In this document: piece by piece, positions 15,517 to 26,100 of the stretch
Layout of the letters: every line of letters starts with the position of its first letter
Position numbering within the stretch: position 1 is the first letter of the stretch
Origin: a virus
Lineage: Duplodnaviria; Caudoviricetes
DNA length: 64,000 bases
Direction: 5' to 3' (one strand)
IMG/VR virus record: IMGVR_UViG_2706795740_000001
Coordinates: 1 to 64,000 of that record
Made by a program: the position numbers and the translations under genes
The notes under the pieces: model-generated
What the model saw: the letters and a program-made list of their open reading frames with translations, nothing else
Told to the model about the DNA's origin: nothing
Databases searched by the model: none

Positions 15517-16989
15517 ATGCCAAAACCTACTAGAGAACAACTTAGCCGAATTAATAAGTTTTCTCAGGTGGACTTGAAAGAGGACCAAGTATATGTTTTC
15601 CAAAGCCTTTCAGCCGACACACTACCGATCAAACGGTATGGGTGGTTTGGTGAGTACAATATCGAAATGTCTGATAAGATGCTCAACAAGTTGAAAAAGG
15701 ACTATAGGGTAGGCGTAGGATTGCTTGCTTCCCATAACAGTAACCGTTTGCCATTCGGTAGAACCTTTGACGCTGAAGTTAAAGTGGATACAGTGAATGG
15801 AGCAGAGGTCAAGACTCTGTACATCGACCACTATATGGTTAAGTACATGGAGGATGGTGATGGAAACAAAGTCCCACTTCGTACTGAAATTAACGGGATG
15901 ACCACCCAAGACATTGCGAACCACGTGGATGTGGGTCATACGTTTGACACTAGTATCGGGTTTTCTATGGATGAGATGAAGTGTTCTATTTGTAAGCACG
16001 ACTTGCGAGATTATGACAAATGCACCCACATCCCCGGCATGGTTTATGATGTGCAGGTAGGAGAAAACGTTGAAAAGCAACGATGTGACATTATTGCAGA
16101 TTCTGGAGAGGGGATTGAAAACTCGCTAGTTTATGCGGGGGCGGTCAATAGGGCACTCATCCAGAATAGTAAAAAATCCTCTACGGGAGAGAATTTGAGT
16201 GTAGGAAAGAATGATTACGACACGAGTGTTAATTTGGGAAATGCACCGCTCTATAATGTAGACGAATTAAAAAACCTACCTAAAGACGCACAAGTACTCT
16301 GCTTCTTGTCTAAAGGAAACATGCAGGTTTTCACAAACACAACTGAGCGGAGAGACTTTAACCAATATCTCTCAAATAAGGAGCGTGGAACAATGTCGGC
16401 TGTAAATAAAAATGACTCTGTGTCACTATCGACAACAGAACAAAAACCTACAGTTTCACAAGAATTGTATGACCAACTAAAACTAGCACATGACAGTGTT
16501 GCTGAAAAATTAGGTAAAGCCGAAACTGAGCTTGCTTCCACTGCCGCTAAGGTGGTTGAACTGCAAGATGAAATGAAAGCGAAGGACACACAGATCGCTG
16601 AATTGTCCGTCAAGGCCGAATTAGCTGACGAATACCGTAACAGTTTGATTGACGAAACAGTCAATGCGGGCATTGCGGCACGTGGCAATGCTTTCAGTGT
16701 AGATCGTTATCGCAAGTACGCCGAAACTTTAAGTATTACTGACTTGAAAGAGGAATTATCTGCGTTTAAGGGTGAGTTCCCTGCTTCAGTAGAAGCGGCA
16801 CGTGTTACTGCACAAGAAACTAATGGCCGTGAGCCTGATGTTCCGACAGAAGAGCTATCAATCTCTGAGATTAGACAAGAAGCCGCTAAACTGGCGATGC
16901 AAGAATTCCAGTATTCCAATGGAGACCTCGATCTCGTAGCACTTACTGAAAAATACTACACTGAACTTCGTCAGAAGTACGGTAAATAA
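15517..16989 (+). CDS. prohead protease fused to coiled-coil scaffold
   Basis: LLASH, TSIGF, CSIC/CTHIPG, ENSLVYAGA; coiled-coil C-terminus. Confidence 0.8.
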   Translation: MPKPTREQLSRINKFSQVDLKEDQVYVFQSLSADTLPIKRYGWFGEYNIEMSDKMLNKLKKDYRVGVGLLASHNSNRLPFGRTFDAEVKVDTVNGAEVKTLYIDHYMVKYMEDGDGNKVPLRTEINGMTTQDIANHVDVGHTFDTSIGFSMDEMKCSICKHDLRDYDKCTHIPGMVYDVQVGENVEKQRCDIIADSGEGIENSLVYAGAVNRALIQNSKKSSTGENLSVGKNDYDTSVNLGNAPLYNVDELKNLPKDAQVLCFLSKGNMQVFTNTTERRDFNQYLSNKERGTMSAVNKNDSVSLSTTEQKPTVSQELYDQLKLAHDSVAEKLGKAETELASTAAKVVELQDEMKAKDTQIAELSVKAELADEYRNSLIDETVNAGIAARGNAFSVDRYRKYAETLSITDLKEELSAFKGEFPASVEAARVTAQETNGREPDVPTEELSISEIRQEAAKLAMQEFQYSNGDLDLVALTEKYYTELRQKYGK

Positions 16990-17009
16990 TCGAAGGAGGT
17001 ACAAAGAAA

Positions 17010-17411
17010 ATGGCAGGTACAGTAACGGGTTTTCAACGTCCATACACTTTCGTAGAGAACGCAACCTACAAGACTGTTGGTATGGAGCAAGCTGTAGTCT
17101 ATGGGGCAAATGCACGTGAAGTACAAGTTCCTGAGACAGATAACCTTCGTCCAGTAGGGGTTGTAACGTACCAATACGAGGATAGAAGCGGTGGTACGGT
17201 GTCTGTACAACTTGACCGTATTGCCGAAATCGAGGCGGCTGAGGACATTCATTTTGGTGAAGACGTGATTGTTGCCGCAGGCGGTAAGGCAAAAGCGGCT
17301 AAGAATTTAGCATCAGGCACTACTGCTTATGTACTTGGTGAAGCACAAAACAACGTAACTACGGGACAGTATGTGCAAGTCCTCATCACTAAGAAAGTCT
17401 ACAAAGTCTAA
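17010..17411 (+). CDS. capsid decoration/cement protein
   Basis: between scaffold and MCP; EAAEDIHFGEDVIVAAGGKAK pattern. Confidence 0.7.
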   Translation: MAGTVTGFQRPYTFVENATYKTVGMEQAVVYGANAREVQVPETDNLRPVGVVTYQYEDRSGGTVSVQLDRIAEIEAAEDIHFGEDVIVAAGGKAKAAKNLASGTTAYVLGEAQNNVTTGQYVQVLITKKVYKV

Positions 17412-17429
17412 TAAGGAGGGTAACGGTAG

Positions 17430-18428
17430 ATGTCTACTTATCCTAAACATAATATTAAGAATGTACACTACGACCAGTATCTTACGAATATTTCAGTAGC
17501 GTACAAAGGTAATACCAACAACTACATCGCTGAGGATGTAGTTCCAGTTGTAAGTGTAAGCAAACAGGCAGATCGTTACATGGTCTTCGATTACATGGAG
17601 CACATGCAAGAAGACGACGATATTCGCCGTTCTCCGGGTTCTGTAGCGTCCGAGATGCGTACAGGATTCTCGGACGATGCTTATTACTGCGAAGGGTTCG
17701 CGAAGCGGTATGCCCTCTACCCAGAGGAAATTGCAAACGCTGATGAAGAACGTATTTTCCGATTGAAAGAGCGTGCGGCTCAGGCAGTTAAAGACAAACT
17801 ACTGCTTGCCAAAGAGCTGAAAACAGCGGCTTTGATGACCAACCCTATGAACTTCCACGCAGACTTACGTCGTAGCTTCAACGCTACAGAGAAGTGGTCA
17901 GACTACACAAACTCCGACCCTCAAAAAGATATCTTTAAACTTCGAGAGACAGCAGAGAGATTAGGCGCTCCAAACTTTAACGTCTTGGTATTGTCCAAGC
18001 CTGTTTATAACAGGTTAAAGTTCCACCCTAAGCTGAAAGCGACACTTGCAGGGTTTATCTCACCAGAGATGGTATCTGATGAGGCAATGCGACAACTGTT
18101 TGATGTAGACCGAATTATCATTGCTGAATCTCGTAAAGCAGGTTCGGAATTGAAGCGTGTGGGGGATGGTATGACAAACTACATCTGGGGAAATAACGCA
18201 ATCCTGATGTATCTACCATCTGCACCTTCTATGGACACTCCTGCGGCGGCCTATACATTCCAATGGGATAACCCTCAGGCCAACGTAGTAGGTAATCAAA
18301 AGACCCGCGAATACTATGTTGAAGAATCCAAAACACACTTTGTTGAAACTGAAGAGTGGTACGGACAGAAGGTTGTTTCTAAAATTTGTGCGGCTGTTCT
18401 ATCTGACGTAGTGACGCCATTTACTTAA
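17430..18428 (+). CDS. major capsid protein
   Basis: DQYLTNISVAY, KWSDYTNSDP; followed by terminator ~18443-18476. Confidence 0.85.
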   Translation: MSTYPKHNIKNVHYDQYLTNISVAYKGNTNNYIAEDVVPVVSVSKQADRYMVFDYMEHMQEDDDIRRSPGSVASEMRTGFSDDAYYCEGFAKRYALYPEEIANADEERIFRLKERAAQAVKDKLLLAKELKTAALMTNPMNFHADLRRSFNATEKWSDYTNSDPQKDIFKLRETAERLGAPNFNVLVLSKPVYNRLKFHPKLKATLAGFISPEMVSDEAMRQLFDVDRIIIAESRKAGSELKRVGDGMTNYIWGNNAILMYLPSAPSMDTPAAAYTFQWDNPQANVVGNQKTREYYVEESKTHFVETEEWYGQKVVSKICAAVLSDVVTPFT

Positions 18429-18513
18429 GAACTGACCGATGCGGTGGGCAGGGGTTAATCCCACCCACCTTTTTTATTATCTCAATAATACTATACCGAG
18501 GGGAGCTTTGCAA

Positions 18514-18909
18514 ATGGCAACTCAAAATAAGCGAAAAACTGCTGAAGAAAAGGCGGCTGAGGTAAAAGAAGAGCTGAAGGTCGAAGTAAAAGAAGAATCA
18601 AAGACTAAAGAACCAAAAGCCAAAGCCAAGACGGAGGCAGACGAGGTGCAAGGAAGTGTCGTGGGGGAATTTACCCAACAACTGGCCATCTTCTCCAAGT
18701 TTATATATAACGCTCGTAATGAGGACGTGACTCTTGTGGTAGAGAATTTGGGCTTCGGTGACGTGTATGTCAGCGACAAGGATAATGTTCGTGTGGGAGA
18801 AGAGTCTCAACGAGTGTTGTTCAAGGAGCAACGAATTTTCAATGGCACTCAAAAACTATTCTTCGCTTCTGCTAGTCAGCCTGTCGTGTCCATCGTCGAA
18901 GTGAAGTAA
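18514..18909 (+). CDS. hypothetical virion protein
   Basis: SD GAGGGG; K/E-rich N-terminus. Confidence 0.7.
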   Translation: MATQNKRKTAEEKAAEVKEELKVEVKEESKTKEPKAKAKTEADEVQGSVVGEFTQQLAIFSKFIYNARNEDVTLVVENLGFGDVYVSDKDNVRVGEESQRVLFKEQRIFNGTQKLFFASASQPVVSIVEVK

Positions 18910-18924
18910 GGCGAGGTGAGGTAG

Positions 18925-19356
18925 GTGGTCATTGATAGAAGCACAGACACTGAATACAAGGGTTCGGTTCGCACTCTACTAGGGGTTAACAAGGACGATG
19001 AGATTACCTTGCCCGGCGAAGATATTGATGATATGGCCATCATTGATAAAGCTGAGATGGATGTTCTAAGCTACCTGCCTGCCGCCGCAGACATTACGGA
19101 TAAGAGAGTCAGGCTAGCCGTTATATACACTATGGCGGCTAACCTATGCCCTTCCATGCCGGCTAAGGTCGAGATTGAGGTAAAGGGTATTGACAGCGGA
19201 TGGAAACGTAAACCGATCAATTATGACGAACTGGCTGAGAGGCTTTTAGGGCAAGCCTACATTTTACTCACTCCGTTGTTAGAAGAAGTAGGCGGCTACG
19301 ATTTATTCAAAATCGCGCCATCCAAAAGGGCGGTGACAGAACGTGAAAATCTCTAA
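18925..19356 (+). CDS. putative head-tail adaptor
   Basis: gene order, size, VRTLLGV N-terminus. Confidence 0.55.
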   Translation: MVIDRSTDTEYKGSVRTLLGVNKDDEITLPGEDIDDMAIIDKAEMDVLSYLPAAADITDKRVRLAVIYTMAANLCPSMPAKVEIEVKGIDSGWKRKPINYDELAERLLGQAYILLTPLLEEVGGYDLFKIAPSKRAVTERENL

Positions 19357-19960
19357 AACGAAATTTATTAAAAAGTACGGAACAAAGGTCATAGTTAGAA
19401 AATTTGTTTCTGATTCATTTAGAGAGCACTCTTCCTTTGCTATTTTGGGAAGAGGGAGCAAGACTAACTCTACCATGAGGTTACTGCAAACGCTCAGAGA
19501 GGGGATATTCCCTGCTGATGAAGACTTAGACAGTGGTTACTTTGTAGAGAACGTGACTCAAAACGAAACTTACATTGTGGGCGGGACGCTACCGGAATAC
19601 GGAGTAAACCAGACACTTTCGATAGTAGCAAACCTACTGGTCTGCAATAGTTTTCTGACAATTAAAGGCCAGAAGAAGGTTGCAGACGCCCGTGGTAACT
19701 TGAAAACTGAGTTCGTGACGACATGCTCAGACCTTCCATGTCACATTCAGGAAGCAACGAACGAACTTCGGCAATACGATTCAGGCGTTTTACCAGAGAC
19801 AGACTATGTGATTTACTCTACTTCCTTAGACGTGATGGAGACCGACCAAGTAGTTCTTGCAGTAAACGGTAAGTCGGAAGCATTTAAGGTACTTTCCAAG
19901 GACTATGTAACTTTTCCGAATATGGTCGTCATTCAGGTAAGCCGAGATGTAAGGAAGTGA
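19343..19960 (+). CDS. putative head closure protein
   Basis: gene order; beta-rich. Confidence 0.5.
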   Translation: MKISKTKFIKKYGTKVIVRKFVSDSFREHSSFAILGRGSKTNSTMRLLQTLREGIFPADEDLDSGYFVENVTQNETYIVGGTLPEYGVNQTLSIVANLLVCNSFLTIKGQKKVADARGNLKTEFVTTCSDLPCHIQEATNELRQYDSGVLPETDYVIYSTSLDVMETDQVVLAVNGKSEAFKVLSKDYVTFPNMVVIQVSRDVRK

Positions 19961-19964
19961 TTCT

Positions 19965-20594
19965 ATGGGGCAATTTGTAAACTTTGACCAAAACGGGTAT
20001 CTAACAGCAATTAAACGCTCCATAACTGATGAACTGAACAACATTGAGCCTTATATTTTGAATAACCTGCGAACCAGTTTTGGAGCTATCGAAATAAGGA
20101 AGGTTGACGCTAAACACAAGACAGCTATGCAGAACTCAATTAAGAGTGTTGTCTTTGAGCGGGCTGACAGCTTTATAGCAAGCTTCGGAGCAGGCGGAGA
20201 GAAGGGGAAACAAAACCAAGGATTCCGCGCTGTTTACTACGAATACGGTACAGGTAACAGCGCAGAACCGCCCGTAGGTTGGTCTTCTCCTATCGGCGGC
20301 GACAGCGGTTGGGGAGCATGGAACATGGCACGTAAGGGTAGGGATATCTACCAGAGACCGAGAGGTACATGGTTTGACTTGGGAGGGAATCCGCACACAT
20401 CGAAAATCAAAGGTGCTCCTAAGAAACTTGCAAATGAAGCAGGTAGTTTCGGCGAAGAAGTACACCCACAGCACTGGTTCGAAGATGCCATGAAGACTAG
20501 CATTGGATTATTTGATGACGCTGTACGTAGGGCGGTTAAGAGCATACCCATTCCCACTTATATTAGTATACGTAATATTACGAAGAGGATGTGA
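19965..20594 (+). CDS. HK97 gp10-like neck/tail completion protein
   Basis: AVYYEYGTG and PQHWF motifs. Confidence 0.65.
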   Translation: MGQFVNFDQNGYLTAIKRSITDELNNIEPYILNNLRTSFGAIEIRKVDAKHKTAMQNSIKSVVFERADSFIASFGAGGEKGKQNQGFRAVYYEYGTGNSAEPPVGWSSPIGGDSGWGAWNMARKGRDIYQRPRGTWFDLGGNPHTSKIKGAPKKLANEAGSFGEEVHPQHWFEDAMKTSIGLFDDAVRRAVKSIPIPTYISIRNITKRM

Positions 20595-20598
20595 CGAC

Positions 20599-21045
20599 AT
20601 GGGGAAGATAAACGTTTCAGATGTCTACGCTTGTATCCACCAAACCCTTCGTAATGACCCTGAAATCCAATCAATGCTAGGGCTGACAGCAGACTCTTCA
20701 CTTGAGGACATGGCTACCAAGATTCAGAAGAGGAGGAAACCTCAGAATCTAGTTCAAGACAACCTACCTATGATTTCTTTCTACAAGAATCCGGGGGCTA
20801 GGGGCAAGAACTACCTTGAGTACCGATTCATCGTGGATTTTGATATCTACACTCAAGATGATGTGGAGTTGGCTACCAACATTGCAGACCGGATTTCCCA
20901 CCTGTTTGATGACAAGTATTTAGGGTTGCAGAAGGGAAGCGTCTTTAAAGGTCAATACGTCACCAGTGCTGAAGATGACACCGACCTTGAAAACACATAC
21001 AAGTATTTCACTCAAATTGGTCTAACCGTTGGGATAGAAGAATAG
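20599..21045 (+). CDS. putative tail terminator
   Basis: LPMISF...VDFDIY pattern; precedes tail tube gene. Confidence 0.6.
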   Translation: MGKINVSDVYACIHQTLRNDPEIQSMLGLTADSSLEDMATKIQKRRKPQNLVQDNLPMISFYKNPGARGKNYLEYRFIVDFDIYTQDDVELATNIADRISHLFDDKYLGLQKGSVFKGQYVTSAEDDTDLENTYKYFTQIGLTVGIEE

Positions 21046-21062
21046 AGAAGGAGGTTTCCTGA

Positions 21063-22121
21063 ATGAAAGTTACCAAGAATAAGAAAATGCTGATTAAGGG
21101 CGCAGGTAAATTCATGGCAAAAATTCCGAATTGTGATGACCTTATCACAATTGGTACGCTAAACAACATGCGCTTGGATATTCAGCTTGATATGCAAGAT
21201 ATCGAAGGTGGCGACTCTTCTGTACCTTTGGATACCCTTTTACGAAAAAAGACGATTGATATCACGGCAGAAGATGCAAAATTTGACTTGAACCTTGTCC
21301 GTTTGGTTCTCGGTTCTAAACTTCGTGAGGGTGTATCTGGTGCGGCTTACAGTATGGTAACTGAGACGGTGGTTGTCCCATCTGAATCGCCGTACCAAGT
21401 AACGCTGTCCAACACTGCTATCGCTTCCCCTGCACCCAAAGCATTTGAGGGAGCTGTGACCGGAGCTGATGTAACCTCGAATGTTACGGTAACAGGGAAA
21501 ACTGCTGTGTTCGACATGGCTTTGGCAGGCAAGACAATCGTTGTTGTTTATGCGGTAGCACTGACTGGCGTAACGCAAGACGCTGATGGCTTTGTATGGG
21601 AATTGGAAGAGAAACATACCGTAAAACAGGCAGGTTCTGATTTTGTAGTTGACCTTGTGTTCGGGACTTCCATCCATACAGACCCGCAGATTTCTGTTCG
21701 CACCTTGAAAGGAAACAAACTGCTGAAGAAAATCGCATCCGGTTCGCCGAACGAAGACCAATATACTGTATCAGGCGGCAAGTTGAAGTTTAACTCTGCA
21801 CTGAAGGATGTAGATATTTATGTGAACTACAAGCGGAACGAAGTCGTAGACATCCTTGACATCACGACTAAGGACATGCCGTTGACTGTACATGTTGTGC
21901 ACGATGGGCGTTTCGAGCAGAAGGACGGCACTATCCAAGGCTATCAAATTGAATTGTACCAGTGCCGTGTAAAATCAAACTTTACATTAGACGCGCAACG
22001 CCAGCAAGCATCTACGCATAGTGTAACATTGACTGTAATTGACCCTGAGCGGCCCGATAACAAACTAGGTACTATCAAACGCTATGAAGTTGGTAACACT
22101 CAAGCCGCCGACCTTTGCTAG
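21063..22121 (+). CDS. major tail tube protein with inserted beta-rich domains
   Basis: LIKGAGKF N-terminus, gene order, terminator 22129-22150. Confidence 0.75.
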   Translation: MKVTKNKKMLIKGAGKFMAKIPNCDDLITIGTLNNMRLDIQLDMQDIEGGDSSVPLDTLLRKKTIDITAEDAKFDLNLVRLVLGSKLREGVSGAAYSMVTETVVVPSESPYQVTLSNTAIASPAPKAFEGAVTGADVTSNVTVTGKTAVFDMALAGKTIVVVYAVALTGVTQDADGFVWELEEKHTVKQAGSDFVVDLVFGTSIHTDPQISVRTLKGNKLLKKIASGSPNEDQYTVSGGKLKFNSALKDVDIYVNYKRNEVVDILDITTKDMPLTVHVVHDGRFEQKDGTIQGYQIELYQCRVKSNFTLDAQRQQASTHSVTLTVIDPERPDNKLGTIKRYEVGNTQAADLC

Positions 22122-22160
22122 TATACTGACCCTCTGAAGAGGGTCTTTTTACATACTGTT

Positions 22161-22191
22161 TGTTAGGTTTTAATGTTACTTACTTAGAATG
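22161..22191 (+). promoter_or_regulatory. putative phage late promoter
   Basis: TGTTAG-N17-TTAGAATG. Confidence 0.6.
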
Positions 22192-22283
22192 TCTCTGAGG
22201 TGACTACAAGGACTTCCCCCGCCTTGTAGTCATTTTCAATTTGTAAGCTTTGGGGGAGAAATTAAATGCTTGGGGGATGGGCT

Positions 22284-22757
22284 ATGAGTGACCGTAATTT
22301 GAAAATTCCACGTGCGAATACCACAGAAGAGATGGTGGTTGAAGTAACGAAGCAAGTAGCAGAACAAACTAATGAGCCTATTGAGGAAGCGCCTAAGAAG
22401 GCGATCACCCAAGAGGAATCTGATACACGTGAAAAGGTCTTCTTTGAAGAGGATGAAAAGGTTCGTCTGCGTGACGGTAAGACCTATTACATTCCTCCAT
22501 TGGGTCTCAGAGATGCCCGAAAGTTAATGAAGAAGCTTAACACAATTGATTCTGGCGTCATTATTGCTAACCTAATTCCTGACAGTGATGACGAAGATGA
22601 TAGATATGACGAACTGTTGGACGTTCTGCTTATGGCGTTCAAACCGTACTACAGCCACATGACCATTGAGCACCTTGAGGAATATGTGGACTTGGAAACG
22701 GCAAAAAAAATCATCGACTGCATGATTGGGTTGAATGGATTAAAAAAGTCCATGTAA
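22284..22757 (+). CDS. tail assembly chaperone (gpG-like)
   Basis: between tail tube and tape measure; ends at slippery A_AAA_AAG. Confidence 0.8.
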   Translation: MSDRNLKIPRANTTEEMVVEVTKQVAEQTNEPIEEAPKKAITQEESDTREKVFFEEDEKVRLRDGKTYYIPPLGLRDARKLMKKLNTIDSGVIIANLIPDSDDEDDRYDELLDVLLMAFKPYYSHMTIEHLEEYVDLETAKKIIDCMIGLNGLKKSM

Positions 22758-23083
22758 CCACTGAGAAGGAGGAAGAAGAGTACGACAATAAGCCGCCAGT
22801 CGATTGGGCGAACATCTTCTTTAAATTAGCTCACTATTGCAACATGAAGAAGCAGGACGTGTGGGGGCTGACCCTCCCTCAGTTGGGCTATTATCTTGAG
22901 CAATGTAGCGAACATATTGAGTTTACTGTGAAAATTTCGACAATGTCATTTGGCGGCCTTTTTGGTGGATTTGGTGGCGGAACTGAGCCAAGCAGTGAAG
23001 AGGCAAAGGCCGACGGAACTTATGTAGACGGATACAAAGTAGCTGATGAAGAAGACATGGATTGGCTGTCGAGTATTCTATAA
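22748..23083 (+). CDS. -1 frameshift extension of the chaperone (gpGT-like)
   Basis: -1 frame open from 22748 into track ORF 22844..23083; VWGLTLPQL motif. Confidence 0.8.
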   Translation, partial: VHVTTEKEEEEYDNKPPVDWANIFFKLAHYCNMKKQDVWGLTLPQLGYYLEQCSEHIEFTVKISTMSFGGLFGGFGGGTEPSSEEAKADGTYVDGYKVADEEDMDWLSSIL

Positions 23084-23152
23084 CGCAAACAGAATCTCCT
23101 GTCTGCTCCTGAATGGAGGGGCAGGAGTTTTATTTTATAAGGTGGTGAGACC

Positions 23153-26100
23153 GTGAATAATATCCAAACTGACATTATTTTAGAGTTTCAGAAATCCATA
23201 GAAAACATGGCCCGTTTTGGTCAGGAAATGGAAACCCTTGACAGTAGGTTTGGGCGGCTAGACCAACGAATTGATGCTTTGAAAACCTCCATGTCTGCGT
23301 TTGGCTCTCAAATGAACAAAGGTACAGGAAGCAACCTACGTCAACAGATTGAACGTGAGATGAACAATCTGATTTCAGGTAACGGTGTCGTTCTTGCCTC
23401 TATGGGAAATACACCACTAAAGGTAAAGAAGGAAACTCTGAGAGACGTGTTCCAAAAGGTGGAGACTGAGCTGAACCTTGAACTACAGAAGTTTGTTCGC
23501 AACTTGAGTATTGAAATCGACCCGAACTACGCCAAGGGCCAACGATTACCTATCAGTAGCGATGATTTTGACGCAATCAATAAAGAAGTTGCAAAGGTTA
23601 TCCGGTTGCAGATTGGCCATCTTGTGAATGCTATCCAAAAACACAAGGCCAACCTTATTAAACCCACCGCTTTAGAAGGACTTGAAATAAGCATCGGCAA
23701 AGGGACAGTCCTTGCACTTGTCAACAAGATTAAAGACGAGGTTATCAGGAAGATTGAAAATCCAAGTGTGGCAGAAGCAAGTGAATTGAAAATTACCAAG
23801 CAAGACTTGAACAAGGTCGTCACTGACGTAAAGACAAAGCTGAAGAAAGCTTTTGAGATAGATGTAGCTGATGTTAAGAGCCTTGATGCAAAGGACGTTA
23901 ATTCCCGTGTAGCTAAAATTCCTCAAGAGATTGACGAACGTTTGCAGGAATATGTTAGTAAAACCGTTGCTGGCATTAATGGCGCTATGAAAGGTAAGAT
24001 GGAACTTCCAGTCAAAGACCTAAGCAAGAACGTCAAAAACATTCTTGCTCGTGAGCTAAAGACTACTGTCAGCCAGTTGGATAACTTAGGTACTGTAGAC
24101 TTGGGTTCTATAAGAGGTTACGAATTGAAGTCCCAATTGGAACGTATCTCCAAGACTCTCGATAAAAAGTTAAGTAAGAGTGTAGAGGAAGAGGTCAAGG
24201 ATGTTGTTAAGAAAATAGAGGAAGTGGAGATTATACCGTCTCCTAAACTCAAACGTCATCTGGTTAACCAAATTAACAGAGTCAATAATAAAATTATTGA
24301 GAAGATTCGGGAGCAGGTTGATGTCCAGATTCAATCGCTTTTGCAAGAGATTTCCGAGGTGCAAGCTAGACATAGGCCCTTGAATCGTGACCAAGCTATA
24401 CGCCAAGCAAGCGACTTAGGTGGAAATCATAGCGGCGGAAGTCATGGAGGAAGCGGTGTTGTAAGTTCTGATGATAGTAGACGAAGACCTACTGTATCTG
24501 GAGTAGACCCTTACAGCAGGCGTGATGAGCACTTTAACAGCTTCGGCTTGCACGGGGCTATTGTCAACACGGTTCGTCACATCTTAGCCGGGTCTATTGT
24601 CGGTGCTCCTATGATGGCCATGTACCAAGCTGTTGAGACATTCAAGAACACCAACACAGAGCAGATTAAGATGATTCAGAACTTAATGCTGAAACCTGAG
24701 TATCGAAATGACCCTAATGATGCATCTAGTGGCACAGACTTTGCTAAAGTAGACGCTACTGTGAATCAGCTTAGGGGATTCATTCGTCAGCAGTCCATAT
24801 TTTACGGTATTGATTACAACGAACTCTACAGAGTAGGCGGTATCGGGTCTCGGTTGCTTGAAGACCCGCTCGAAATGAAAAAGTTCATTCAGTTAACGGC
24901 GCAATTAAAAACTGTAGACCCTTCGGCAAAGCCTGAGAACATAGCAAACGGACTCGAGTCTATCAAAGCACAGTTCAATCTTGAAATGGCGCACATGCAG
25001 GAGAAGGTAGCACAGCCAATGGCGGCCGTATCTAACGTAACAAATGCAAGTGTTGAGCAATTAGTAGATGCTCTGAAACGTTCCGGTGCTACGTTTAATA
25101 ATAATAACATTGACCCTGCTACAGCTATCGTGTTAGCAGGTACGTCTATTCAGGCGACTGCGCTGGAAGGGGCTAACATAGGTAACTTCTACAACAGCAT
25201 TCTCAACAGATTACAGTCTGATAAAGCCCTGAGTAAGTTGGCAGAGTTGGGTGTTAACCCCCATGTTACTGACCCTTTGACTGGTGCTCAGATGTTAAGG
25301 CCCGGCGAAGATATTTTCCAAGACTTCGCAAAGGCATTATCAGATAAAGATGACTTGACGAAGCGTAATGCTTTTGATGCAATGTTTGGCACGTACCAAT
25401 CCTCTAAAGGTGCGGCGACCATGCACGAAATTATGAACAACTTTATTAAGGTTCTTGAAGCTACCAAAAGCTTCGGCGAAGATCAGTACAAGCAGATGAT
25501 TATGAAGTCCTTAGATAACCCTATGGTTAACGCTAACAGAGCTAAGGAAAGTGTTTCCGTCGCCTTCGATGCTCTTGTTCAAGAGTTGACACCTGCGATT
25601 AACAAGGTTTCATACGCAATCATCAATATGTCTGATGCGGTCGCACGGAATGCAAGTCTGCTTGTAGGTCTTGGAGATGTGTTATCTAACGTACTCATCG
25701 GTATGCTGATGATGCGGGGTATCAAGTGGGGTGCAGGTAAGGTGTGGGGCGATGTTAACGGGCACACTGAGATGCACAAGATGCGCACCAGTTTCTTAGG
25801 AAGAATCTCAGGCATGTCTGCTGACGGTCATATGGGCGAGCTTGTTGGCGATGACCTCAAAAATATGAGCCGCAAGGATATCGGCAGATATCAAAAGAAC
25901 CCCGAACTTGAGCGTTACTTTCGTGAAATGCACGGAATGAATGAAAAGCAACAAGAGCATTTCAAGAAGTATGTAGCTGACAAGAAAATCGACCTTAGAG
26001 ATTTACCGACCCTGTTTACAGCAATGGAGGAAGCAAAGAACTGGACAGAAAGGAAAGTCCTTTCGGATGATGAAAAGTTCGACAGAACAAAGACCTACCA

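Noticed and set aside
21063-22121. Contractile tail or tailocin
   Set aside because: No sheath or baseplate-J gene recognised; complete head module present
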